This document shows, piece by piece, positions 53,702 to 62,616 of a stretch of 64,000 bases of DNA. The notes beneath the pieces are model-generated. The model was not told the DNA's origin and did no database searches. It was given only the letters and a program-made list of their open reading frames with translations. Made by a program: the position numbers and the translations under genes. The stretch's first letter is position 1. Each line of letters starts with the position of its first letter. The stretch comes from a virus (Duplodnaviria > Caudoviricetes), in the IMG/VR virus record IMGVR_UViG_3300029288_000067, positions 32,001 to 96,000 of that record; one strand, given 5' to 3'.

Positions 53702-54312
53702 TATGCTTGTTCATATTCCCTTAAAGCCCCAGGATTCCCAGATTCAATTACACTGTAGGGGACTTCAGTATAATATTTTCCCGTAGAAGAAACTTCAATG
53801 TTAAATGTTTCGGTGTCTGCTTCCTCATTGTAAGCATCCCCCAAACCTCGGGCAATATCCCGCAACTGTTCCGGAGTAAGAGTCCAAGTTTGTACATACT
53901 CTTGTTTTACTCTTACCCACCCCAAATTCTTCAAGCCATACTCCCGTGCATCTACATTTCCAAGGACCAATTCAAACTTGTCTTTATCAAATCCAATTGT
54001 TTCAAGGATGAATTTGTGGATTTGTTCTCTCGTGGGATGCGGGGTCTCAGTATCATTTTTATCCACTTCGCTATCCAAATATTTTTCAATTTCAAACTCA
54101 ATCTTGGTAAAATCGGGATATTCCTCATTTATTCGAGAACCAATCTCCGCATTAACCTCTTCCACAAGCTCTTGCATTACTTGTTGTTGTACCATTGCCT
54201 CATGGTTCATATCCCCGATATCTCCATCGGCGAATACAGCCTGCCCACCCATCAACCAAAACTCCCCTTGCAATTCCGCTTGTCTTTTTAAAGTAGAATA
54301 TCTTTTAATCAT
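53698..54312 (-). CDS. hypothetical protein (MIKRYSTL leader; LGWVR family)
   Basis: ORF overlapping upstream gene by ATGA. Confidence 0.65.
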   Translation of the reverse strand: MIKRYSTLKRQAELQGEFWLMGGQAVFADGDIGDMNHEAMVQQQVMQELVEEVNAEIGSRINEEYPDFTKIEFEIEKYLDSEVDKNDTETPHPTREQIHKFILETIGFDKDKFELVLGNVDAREYGLKNLGWVRVKQEYVQTWTLTPEQLRDIARGLGDAYNEEADTETFNIEVSSTGKYYTEVPYSVIESGNPGALREYEQAY

Positions 54313-55337
54313 TTCATTAAAACCGTAGAATTAATTTTCTTTTTTGTGGGGTCGAATGTCTTGTTGAACACTGATTTTATTTGTGTGGAATAAAAGGGGA
54401 TCCATACCTCATGTCGGGTGGGGTTATATTTTCCACCCACATCTTTTATCCCATCATACCCAAAAGATTTTAAAACATCTGTAACCCAGTCTGGGATACG
54501 TGTCCAGACATAGTTGGTACCATTCTTAATATCTTCTTCCAAAGTTTGGAGCCAATCTTTCCCACTTATTGTATTCTTATCCCAAAAGTCTGGGTTTCCA
54601 CCTTTGGGTGGTTTAGAACGTTGTTTCATCCCCTTTTTATGTAAAGCTTCTAAGATTATTTTTGGTATATTTGATGTATCCAAAGGATTTTGAATGCTTA
54701 GATAAACAGAGTAAACTGCCGGATAATTTGCATTGGGGTCATCATATCTTACCTTTGACATGTTTATACCCGTTGCTTTTAAAACATCTAAAAAAGTTCT
54801 CTCATCATTAAAAAGAGCCCCGGAAGACAACCAAATCTCCACAAGGGCATGAAGAGCATTTCCCCCACTTTCTTGTAGATGATGATCAATAGAATCTTTT
54901 CCAAAAATACTTGTTGAATTTGGGATAATATTTCCGGAGCCTTCCTCCGGATTTTCATATCCAACCGTATATAAAAGATTTACAACAGAGTTTTTTTCTT
55001 GTGGGGACAAAAAATACCATGCTCTATCTATAGGAACTTCTGAACGTCCTACTATATATTTAAACCATCCGGCATATCCCTCGGGATGATCCAAACTTGT
55101 ATCTTTTTTACCTTGTGCATATCCACTAGCAATTTCAGGATTATCAGTAAAAAAAGCCATCGGACCAGAAGTAGCTCTATTTGGATTAAAATAATCCTTA
55201 ATTCTATCCGGACGACCTGCGCCATGGTAAACCACTTTAGGTCTCCCTTGTGCATCCACCACTTTAGAGTTACCAAACCAAGCATTAAAAGAAGGGTTAT
55301 TAAAAATATTGGCTAACTCAGAGTATCTCTTGATCAT
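54309..55337 (-). CDS. ADP-ribosyltransferase-like protein (polyvalent-protein ART type)
   Basis: F.AWFGNSKVVD..G.P.VVYHG, FFT...A..YA, VYL.I.NP, GYDGI, QIKS..N.TFD. Confidence 0.75.
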   Translation of the reverse strand: MIKRYSELANIFNNPSFNAWFGNSKVVDAQGRPKVVYHGAGRPDRIKDYFNPNRATSGPMAFFTDNPEIASGYAQGKKDTSLDHPEGYAGWFKYIVGRSEVPIDRAWYFLSPQEKNSVVNLLYTVGYENPEEGSGNIIPNSTSIFGKDSIDHHLQESGGNALHALVEIWLSSGALFNDERTFLDVLKATGINMSKVRYDDPNANYPAVYSVYLSIQNPLDTSNIPKIILEALHKKGMKQRSKPPKGGNPDFWDKNTISGKDWLQTLEEDIKNGTNYVWTRIPDWVTDVLKSFGYDGIKDVGGKYNPTRHEVWIPFYSTQIKSVFNKTFDPTKKKINSTVLMK

Positions 55338-57283
55338 TTCATCTTGATCCTTTTAATTCTGGATTGGCGATTTTCGTAAGCATCCTTTGCAGCATCTATC
55401 AACATCTCATCGGTAAGTTGTTCCCGAGGCTTCGGCTTGTCCGTATGCCAATCTCCCTCGTTGTGTAAAAAGTAATAAATATGATCTGCGAAAACCTTGG
55501 AGGAATGCCAAAGTTCACTTTCATCTGGCGGGATCTTTCCATTATTTTGTCTTTGATACTCTTCTATCGCTCGTGAATCTTCATATTGAAGTTCTTCACC
55601 CGCCCCTACCGGATGCGCCCACCTTCTCCACATTTCAGCAAGTTCCCCTTCGAGGGAATAAAAAGCCCCGGAGTCATCAACATCCATAGGACTATGGAAT
55701 AAATCTTTCACACCGTAGGTATCTTCGGCATCGTCCACCTCGGTCTCCAACTCTTCTTCTCGGGTGTCTGTTTTTTCAAGAATTTGTTCAAGTAGTGCGT
55801 CTAACCGTTCTGCCTCGGTATAATTTTTCCGTTTGTATTCCAGATCAATTTTCCGCATCAAAGCATCGATCTTTGTTTTTTCCTCGGGAGAAATCTTTGC
55901 CTTTTTGCTTGCCATCCGAATATTGTTGATGGAGATGAATTCCCGCATAATATCTTCGGGCATCTCCAAATTGTGGATGTAAGATTTAAAAGCTTCTGCA
56001 TAATCTTCGGAAGGATTGTTTTTTCCGTATTCTGTTGTAGAGTGCGGTGGTTCAATCACCTTATTTTCCCAATTTCTAATAATCCGTTCTTCAAACTCTG
56101 AAACTGTTTCAAAAGATTCCTGATATCTGTCTACTGCAACCTCTTTTCGTCTTTCGGAAATAGAAGGATCATCTTTTAATTCTACGGGGATTCTTAAATT
56201 CTTTGCTGCCCAAGACAAGCCCCCAAAAGAATCTTTTTCAAGCAGATAATCGTTCACAAAGGCTTTCCCAACCTCCTCCATAGTAACAAGATCTAATTTC
56301 ATCAGATCTACCCAGTATCGAGCCATGAATTCAAGGGTTTTGTAACGATTTGATTCAGAGTGATAAACTCGATAATCAAATTTTTTGTAATCAAACAAAT
56401 CCCAAGCAACAAATTTGTTTCCATTCATGTCTATCTTTTCCGGGGCGCAAGAAGCCATCAAATCCAACAAACCTGAGATTTCCTTCCGAGTTAAAAATTT
56501 TCCCCGGTCTTTGAAATGAGATTGCCACCGCTGCCTTTGTGAAATAGACAGGATTTTGTAGTAATGCCGATGTGCCAATTCATGGGTAAGGATTTTAAAG
56601 TTGCGTAAATTCTCTGCGGTAATAACTACCCGGTCATTCTGAATATCAAAGTGTGCCGCAGCTTCCACATTTTTGTATTGATCCTGCCGCATATCCAAAA
56701 CGGTCCCAGACATTTTTGAACCAACCATTACGAGAGGCCCGTACAAAACACTCCCAAATCCCATTTTTCGGATTTTATCCATAACAGGATTTAATCTTTT
56801 CAAAAGGTCTTGTAGGATCTCTTCATCCACTCCGGCATTTACAATTGAAAATCCATTCCATTCAAAAGTTTCTCTCTTTATGCCTCGTCCTTCCCCAGGG
56901 GTTTCAACCAATCCATGTTTTCTCAACAATTCCAATGCTTCCGGAGATTTTTGTGCAAGATCCCAGAATTTTTCCCCAGGAGTATTAAAAGGATATTTGA
57001 AAACAATGTCTTGCAGGCCGCGTTTGCTGATGTTCTTGAAAATCCAGTCCAATTTGGAAAATTTATGAGTTCCCACATTTAAAAGCACATTCAACAAAGG
57101 GGGATCTGTTTCGAGGAGGTTTACAAGCTTAACTTCAATCCCATGGGTGAACTTTGTCATCTCTTTGATGAATGTGGAAATGTTGCACCGAATAAGAAAG
57201 TCCATCCTATTTTGATAGGAGTTTACCGAGGAATAATCAACTTCTGCAATTTTTTTAATATTTGAAAATTTAAGAATGGACAT
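55334..57283 (-). CDS. large protein with zincin-like metallopeptidase domain
   Basis: HELAH and TEYGKNNPSEDYAEAF. Confidence 0.7.
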   Translation of the reverse strand: MSILKFSNIKKIAEVDYSSVNSYQNRMDFLIRCNISTFIKEMTKFTHGIEVKLVNLLETDPPLLNVLLNVGTHKFSKLDWIFKNISKRGLQDIVFKYPFNTPGEKFWDLAQKSPEALELLRKHGLVETPGEGRGIKRETFEWNGFSIVNAGVDEEILQDLLKRLNPVMDKIRKMGFGSVLYGPLVMVGSKMSGTVLDMRQDQYKNVEAAAHFDIQNDRVVITAENLRNFKILTHELAHRHYYKILSISQRQRWQSHFKDRGKFLTRKEISGLLDLMASCAPEKIDMNGNKFVAWDLFDYKKFDYRVYHSESNRYKTLEFMARYWVDLMKLDLVTMEEVGKAFVNDYLLEKDSFGGLSWAAKNLRIPVELKDDPSISERRKEVAVDRYQESFETVSEFEERIIRNWENKVIEPPHSTTEYGKNNPSEDYAEAFKSYIHNLEMPEDIMREFISINNIRMASKKAKISPEEKTKIDALMRKIDLEYKRKNYTEAERLDALLEQILEKTDTREEELETEVDDAEDTYGVKDLFHSPMDVDDSGAFYSLEGELAEMWRRWAHPVGAGEELQYEDSRAIEEYQRQNNGKIPPDESELWHSSKVFADHIYYFLHNEGDWHTDKPKPREQLTDEMLIDAAKDAYENRQSRIKRIKMK

Positions 57284-57320
57284 AAGAATACTCCAGAGGG
57301 TTTCTCCTTATGCCCATTCT
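57273..57320 (-). promoter_or_regulatory. 16-bp hairpin burying the ATG of the 649-aa gene
   Basis: AGAATGGGCATAAGGA pairs with TTCTTATGTCCATTCT (two G.U pairs). Confidence 0.65.
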
Positions 57321-57332
57321 ATCATCAACTAA

Positions 57333-58718
57333 TTATTTACGCTGCAACCAATTCTGCTTTTCCACCCAATTAAAAGCTTCTTCGAGATTTCCGAATTCCC
57401 CGTCAAGTTGTGCCTGCATTGCCTTCTTGAGTAGCATCCCCATATCCTTCCCGGGAGTCATTTTGAATACTTCAATGAGATGCCGACCCATAAGGATTGG
57501 GGTTGGAGGCCCGGAAACAATTTGCATATCCTTGGACATCTCAACAATCTTCTTTGCGATATCTGGGAGCCCCCCGGGGAGTGGTGGTCTGCCGGAATGA
57601 TCTGCCTCCACAACACGAGCCCATTCCTGCACATTCGTAACATTTCCAAGCTTGGATGCAAACCGGCGAACAACCTTATCCGCAATATTGTCCTGCACAA
57701 AGACATGGAACATATGCGTTGTGACCAGCATTACAATCCGGTCAACAAACTTTTGAGGACACCCGATTCGAGCCAAAAAACTACGAGTAGGGGCTTCACC
57801 CTCAACATCATGCCCATACGTTGTAATTTTCCCATCCCGAACCTTTGTTGTTGTTGCCTTCCCAAAGTCGTGGCAAAGAGTAGCGAGAACCAGCACAAGA
57901 CGCTCTTCAGTATCAAGGTTATCCCGGTTGGCAATCGCAACAGCCGCATCAACACAATGCATCGTATGGAATAGGGCTTCCCCCTCGGGGTGGTGCCGAT
58001 GTTCTTGTTCCAGTCCTTGAAGAACACTCAGTTCCGGGAACAATTCCAGCCAACCACTTTCAATAAGTGCAATGATTCCCTTGGAAGGTCTCTCAGATTT
58101 TGTTGCCCACTTTTCCCATTCTACCCAAACTCTTTCCACAGGGAGGGTATGAAATTCATTCTTGAGGGTTTTACAAAATTCGGCGGTTTCTTTTGCAAGA
58201 ACCATATCGAAACGACCTGCAAATTGCATTGACCGGAGAACTCTAAGAGGATCTTCGGCAAAATGCACGGAGGTATGCCGAAGAATTCCGGCAATTGCAT
58301 CCTCTTTCCCCCCGAAGAAGTCAACAACTTCCCCCGTGAAGGGATTCATCAACATTGTATTGATTGTAAAATCCCGGCGAGAAGCAGCTTCTTCTGGGGT
58401 CATGTTTGCATCGGGTGTGACAATAAAACCCTTGTGCCCTTGCCCTTCTTTACTTTCCCGACGTGGAAGAGAGAAATCAATATCATCCCCACGATATCGG
58501 AGCTTAAGAACCCCGAAAGATTTTCCTACCTCCTCCACAGAACCAAAGGGAGAAAGGACTTCCTTCAATTCTTCCACGGGCATGTTGTAAACTTCAATAT
58601 CAAAATCTTTGCTATCTTTTCCAAGAAAAGAATCCCGAACAAAACCACCAACAACCCGGGGCATTCCCCCCTTATTGCAGATAGCAGATAGAATGTTTTG
58701 GATATCAAAAATTTTCAT
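57333..58718 (-). CDS. cca: class II CCA-adding tRNA nucleotidyltransferase with HD domain
   Basis: VGGFVRD...KDFDIE, RRDFTIN, EDPLRVLR, ER...E, HHPEG...HT, CHDFGK. Confidence 0.92.
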   Translation of the reverse strand: MKIFDIQNILSAICNKGGMPRVVGGFVRDSFLGKDSKDFDIEVYNMPVEELKEVLSPFGSVEEVGKSFGVLKLRYRGDDIDFSLPRRESKEGQGHKGFIVTPDANMTPEEAASRRDFTINTMLMNPFTGEVVDFFGGKEDAIAGILRHTSVHFAEDPLRVLRSMQFAGRFDMVLAKETAEFCKTLKNEFHTLPVERVWVEWEKWATKSERPSKGIIALIESGWLELFPELSVLQGLEQEHRHHPEGEALFHTMHCVDAAVAIANRDNLDTEERLVLVLATLCHDFGKATTTKVRDGKITTYGHDVEGEAPTRSFLARIGCPQKFVDRIVMLVTTHMFHVFVQDNIADKVVRRFASKLGNVTNVQEWARVVEADHSGRPPLPGGLPDIAKKIVEMSKDMQIVSGPPTPILMGRHLIEVFKMTPGKDMGMLLKKAMQAQLDGEFGNLEEAFNWVEKQNWLQRK

Positions 58719-59022
58719 ATTTCCTCCTATTTCCTCATTTCGGCCCGAATCTCATCGAGGGTGAGAACCGGGATATTGTTGAACAACTCAAAAGCTTTGG
58801 TGGCATCATAGGTGTATCCAAGGTACTGCCAAAGGGTGTAGAGGAGGAAAGCTTTCTTATCATTCCCACCCACCACAACCTTCATCTTAACACCCTGATC
58901 ATCAATAGACTGAGTAGCAAAAGTATCAACAACTTCCCGGGCAAACTGATGCTTCATACCATGGATCCGGAAAATCTTGGAAGTTTTCATATTTACCCCC
59001 GTTTTGTTTTTCTTACAAGGGT

Positions 59023-59051
59023 ATATTACCGCAAGGGGGGCAAAACTTCAA
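59023..59051 (-). promoter_or_regulatory. repeated promoter
   Basis: TTGAAG-N17-TAATAT. Confidence 0.8.
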
Positions 59052-59539
59052 ACAGAATACACATTATGTAAGTCTATTTTCAATTTTCCGGAGTTGCATA
59101 GGATTGTTTTCGTGGGCACAGTATCATCGATCAAAATAAAATGCCCCACCAAACGCTTATTTCGAGCGAACCATTCAAAAACTCTTTCTTTTGTTGCCAA
59201 CATGTTGAAATTAAATAGCTCCTCCGGGGTAACCTCCCCTAAAACACTCTTCAAAAATTCCAATCTTTGCTCCCGAACATCGAAGGCTTGTAATTTTAAT
59301 TCCCTCCCGAATCTTTTCTTGAACCAGTTTGCAATCATTGGAAATCTCTGTAAATCCCCCGGGGTCCAAAAAGCCCAACTGAAGGTAATAATATGATCTG
59401 GGTATTCACGTAGGATAAATTTCTCAATTCGTGCAACATTCTCCTCCAAAACAATTCCAGTTTCGATGTCATCAATGATCGTTCCTTCAAGATCCAAAAA
59501 CAACCATTTATCCCCAGTATTCATATTATCCTCCATCAA
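59048..59539 (-). CDS. HAD-superfamily-like protein
   Basis: FLDLEGTII, FSWA, K, ILIDD. Confidence 0.6.
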   Translation of the reverse strand: MMEDNMNTGDKWLFLDLEGTIIDDIETGIVLEENVARIEKFILREYPDHIITFSWAFWTPGDLQRFPMIANWFKKRFGRELKLQAFDVREQRLEFLKSVLGEVTPEELFNFNMLATKERVFEWFARNKRLVGHFILIDDTVPTKTILCNSGKLKIDLHNVYSV

Positions 59540-59919
59540 AGTTTTTCCGCACCCTCGTATATGTCAATCCCACACAAGTATTCCATACCGGAAGAACCCC
59601 CAATTGTATAATTGCACACAATTTGTTGGGAAACTGAATATTTGCCGAAAGCCCAAGAACCAACATCGATCCTATCGGATTTCCCATCATTTCTGTGAAA
59701 ATACACAAAATGGTAAGTGGTAGTGCTATAATGTGTGTATCCATCTTCATCCGTGGTTGTACTTGTTTCTACTTTCACAACCTTATCGGACACCACAGCA
59801 AGGATAAGTTTTGTGGTCCCCGTGCAGCGGTCGTATACGGTATAGACCACAAGACCAATAACAAGAATGACAAAAATCACAACAAGGATATTGGGTTCAT
59901 TACTTTTGTGATAATACAT
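59536..59919 (-). CDS. membrane-anchored hypothetical protein
   Basis: N-terminal hydrophobic helix ILVVIFVILVIGLVVY. Confidence 0.6.
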   Translation of the reverse strand: MYYHKSNEPNILVVIFVILVIGLVVYTVYDRCTGTTKLILAVVSDKVVKVETSTTTDEDGYTHYSTTTYHFVYFHRNDGKSDRIDVGSWAFGKYSVSQQIVCNYTIGGSSGMEYLCGIDIYEGAEKL

Positions 59920-59951
59920 ATTTGCCCTCCGATATTTATTTCCGCAAAGAT

Positions 59952-59980
59952 ATATTACCCGAAGATATTTAAAAATTCAA
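59952..59980 (-). promoter_or_regulatory. repeated promoter
   Basis: TTGAAT-N17-TAATAT. Confidence 0.75.
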
Positions 59981-60344
59981 GGGTGGCACATGAAATGCAA
60001 ACAAGGGAGTAATTAAAAAAGGATGTGCAAGAATGTCACAAAATAACTTAATTGTTCTGTGGTTTGTTCGAGATTGCTTGAAAAGTATTCAAAGCCTGTT
60101 TAAGATTTGAACCCCTTCTTTTGCAGGTATTTACTGAGGCACATCATGTTGCAGGTAAAAACACAGTCATATTTTTCAATATTCCCCGGGAACACTTCTA
60201 ATTTCCAAGATACGCGGGGAGCACCACAAATTTGACAGGAAATCTCTTTACTATCATGTGTTTCAAAGGCATAATCCCAAGGTTCTTCCATATTCCTTTC
60301 CCCTTTCTAAGAAGAGAGGAAAGGAATATTAAATTATTTCGAGA

Positions 60345-61103
60345 TTATACTTCCACCACCAATTGCTTGTTGAATTTCCCATTTACTTCTTTCCCAAAGT
60401 ACCCATAAGGATTACAAATCACATGGGTTTTTTCAACCGTGTAATCAAAAGAGGAATGGGTGTGCCCATGGATCCATAACTCCGGGGCATAGTCTGCAAT
60501 CATTTCTTCCAGATTGGACATATAGGCCCAATTATTCGGCTCCCCGACAAAAGTATAATTCAGGCTTCGAAAAGAAGGGGCATGGTGTGTTACGACGACT
60601 TGTTTTTTTCCGGAGGATTCTTTTGCAAACAAGTTTTTTTTCATCTCATAGACAGAGTGCTTAAACTCCATCTCAAGGATATTGGTATTTACGGTCATCC
60701 CCTCAAAACCAACCTCCTTGAAATCATGCAGAGTCATTTCCATCAACTCTCTATCAGGGCAATTGGAATAATCACTCCACAAAGTTGCCCCATGTACAAT
60801 TATTTCAGGCAATTCAACAAAGGTATCCTGCAGCAAATAGATCTGCTTCTCAGGACAATGCACAACATCTTTATAATCGATTTGTGCCTGATAAAGATCT
60901 TTGCCGTAGTATTCATGATTCCCGAGAATAACAATTATGGGGACCTTATTGAGGGTGTCCAGAAATTCACGAAGAAGTGGTGGAGTTACATGCGTATCCC
61001 CTGCAATCACAAGGATATCCCCACAGATATCTTCTCGTGAAAAAATATCTGTGGGGGATTTCGCCCACTCCAGGTGAAGGTCCGAAATAATTTGGAGTTT
61101 CAT
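60345..61103 (-). CDS. calcineurin-like metallophosphoesterase
   Basis: SDLHLE, AGD, GNHEYY, THHAP, HGHTH. Confidence 0.92.
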   Translation of the reverse strand: MKLQIISDLHLEWAKSPTDIFSREDICGDILVIAGDTHVTPPLLREFLDTLNKVPIIVILGNHEYYGKDLYQAQIDYKDVVHCPEKQIYLLQDTFVELPEIIVHGATLWSDYSNCPDRELMEMTLHDFKEVGFEGMTVNTNILEMEFKHSVYEMKKNLFAKESSGKKQVVVTHHAPSFRSLNYTFVGEPNNWAYMSNLEEMIADYAPELWIHGHTHSSFDYTVEKTHVICNPYGYFGKEVNGKFNKQLVVEV

Positions 61104-61109
61104 ACAAAT

Positions 61110-61138
61110 ATATTACTAGGAGGGTCCCAAAACTTCAA
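61110..61138 (-). promoter_or_regulatory. repeated promoter (possible leaderless transcript)
   Basis: TTGAAG-N17-TAATAT. Confidence 0.75.
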
Positions 61139-61533
61139 GGGTTATTTCTTCTTCCCCGGTTTAATAGAGTCATTGTATTCAAAAACGGCCAAAAGAAGAA
61201 AAAACATAGCAACTCCCAAATGTTGTTCTGGGGTTTTCATACCATGACCAAAAAAGCCCAAGGCAAAATTGGTAAAGCCCATAATCGCCATCCCAGTAGA
61301 AACAGAATAATTCATATTCCAATCCTTTCCTTAAAAATAATGCCGGGACATTTTTGCTGTTACCCTTTCGGAATAATCCTCTGCAATTTGCCGGGTATTG
61401 GGGGAACTCTTAAAATCCTCCAACAAGTTTTGTAAAAGATGTAAGTCCGAAGTGCTCAACTGCACCCCCTTATCAACCTTTTCCATCATACTCACAACCA
61501 AATGACCCTTGTGCATATTGATTTTTCGTTCCA

Positions 61534-62616
61534 TTATTTCCACCTCAATTGAAAATATTCTTCAAGAATTTGTAGGTATAACCGATCCACAAAAGCTTTC
61601 TCCACTTCCCGGGGGATTTTTGTTGTTTTATATAAATCTTCCAAACCAGCATCAAGCTCCTCGGAAAGTTTCATTACATCCTCATAAGTCCATTTCCCTT
61701 GTTTCACATCCATTGCAATCTTTCTCTGTTCCTCCGGCAACACAATAGGAACAAAACCCTCCTTCAAGATTGTATGCACAGAAAACAACAAGCGGATGGT
61801 GTGAGATGCATGTTTGCAGTCGTATCCCGTATTCGCTTCAAGAGCGGCTCGTTTCTCATTCCTGTTCTTTTTCCACTCCCAATATTGGCCCCACTTCTTC
61901 AATTTATCTTGATAAGATTCAAGATCAATAATAGCAGTTCCAACAAACTTCACAGCCCAATCATTCAACTTCTTCAATTCAATGTCCACATACGAGGGGT
62001 TCGTTTGATCTGCCCGAGTGAGCATCCCTTTCGGGAATCTGCCTTCATCATCATGCCACAATTTGTAGACATGCTCATTTACTTTCGTGGCAGTATATTG
62101 CTGAATTGTTTGTTTTACGAATTGTTTCTCTGCTTCTCCCGATTGTTCAATTCCATCCGCTGGGATAAATCGGATATAATCCCACAATGCTGGGGGTTCT
62201 TTTGGTTGAGGGTTGGTAATCCACTTCTGATGCCCCCGCAACCTCTTCATCTGAGACATTGCATATCCTGCATAGGAATGCCTTACTTTTGTGCTCAAAA
62301 GCTTTTCTCGGTTCTTCAATAGAAGATCCATAATGGGGTGTTTGTACAAAATACAATCAGGGGGCATCCAAAGCAATTCAATGATATTTGGGTTTTGTGC
62401 CTGCAACAAATTCAGATATTTCTGCAGCTCGTAAAACTGAATATCGTTTGTTTTGTCTTGTTCTTGCTCCAAATTTCGAAAGATAGACATGGTTAATTCC
62501 ATGGGGGCAATAAACAAGCCCCGGATATCTCGGTCACTTTCGGGAGTATTCAACCCATATGCATGTGATCCGGACAATACTTCAAAAATCTTATTTGTAT
62601 TCGTGTATTCGAACAT
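61534..62616 (-). CDS. Pol-beta superfamily nucleotidyltransferase (RlaP/PF10127-like)
   Basis: GSHAYGLNTPESDRDIRG, NPNIIELL, GYD.KHA.H.IRL; ATG at 62616 with SD. Confidence 0.85.
   Translation of the reverse strand: MFEYTNTNKIFEVLSGSHAYGLNTPESDRDIRGLFIAPMELTMSIFRNLEQEQDKTNDIQFYELQKYLNLLQAQNPNIIELLWMPPDCILYKHPIMDLLLKNREKLLSTKVRHSYAGYAMSQMKRLRGHQKWITNPQPKEPPALWDYIRFIPADGIEQSGEAEKQFVKQTIQQYTATKVNEHVYKLWHDDEGRFPKGMLTRADQTNPSYVDIELKKLNDWAVKFVGTAIIDLESYQDKLKKWGQYWEWKKNRNEKRAALEANTGYDCKHASHTIRLLFSVHTILKEGFVPIVLPEEQRKIAMDVKQGKWTYEDVMKLSEELDAGLEDLYKTTKIPREVEKAFVDRLYLQILEEYFQLRWK

Noticed and set aside
1038-61138. Plus-strand repeat GTATATTACC equals hairpin-ribozyme loop B, or could be CRISPR-like repeats
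   Set aside because: No accompanying AGAA/AGAAA strands or helices. The copies are dispersed and have a fixed 17-nt spacing to TTGAA on the coding strand, which fits a promoter.
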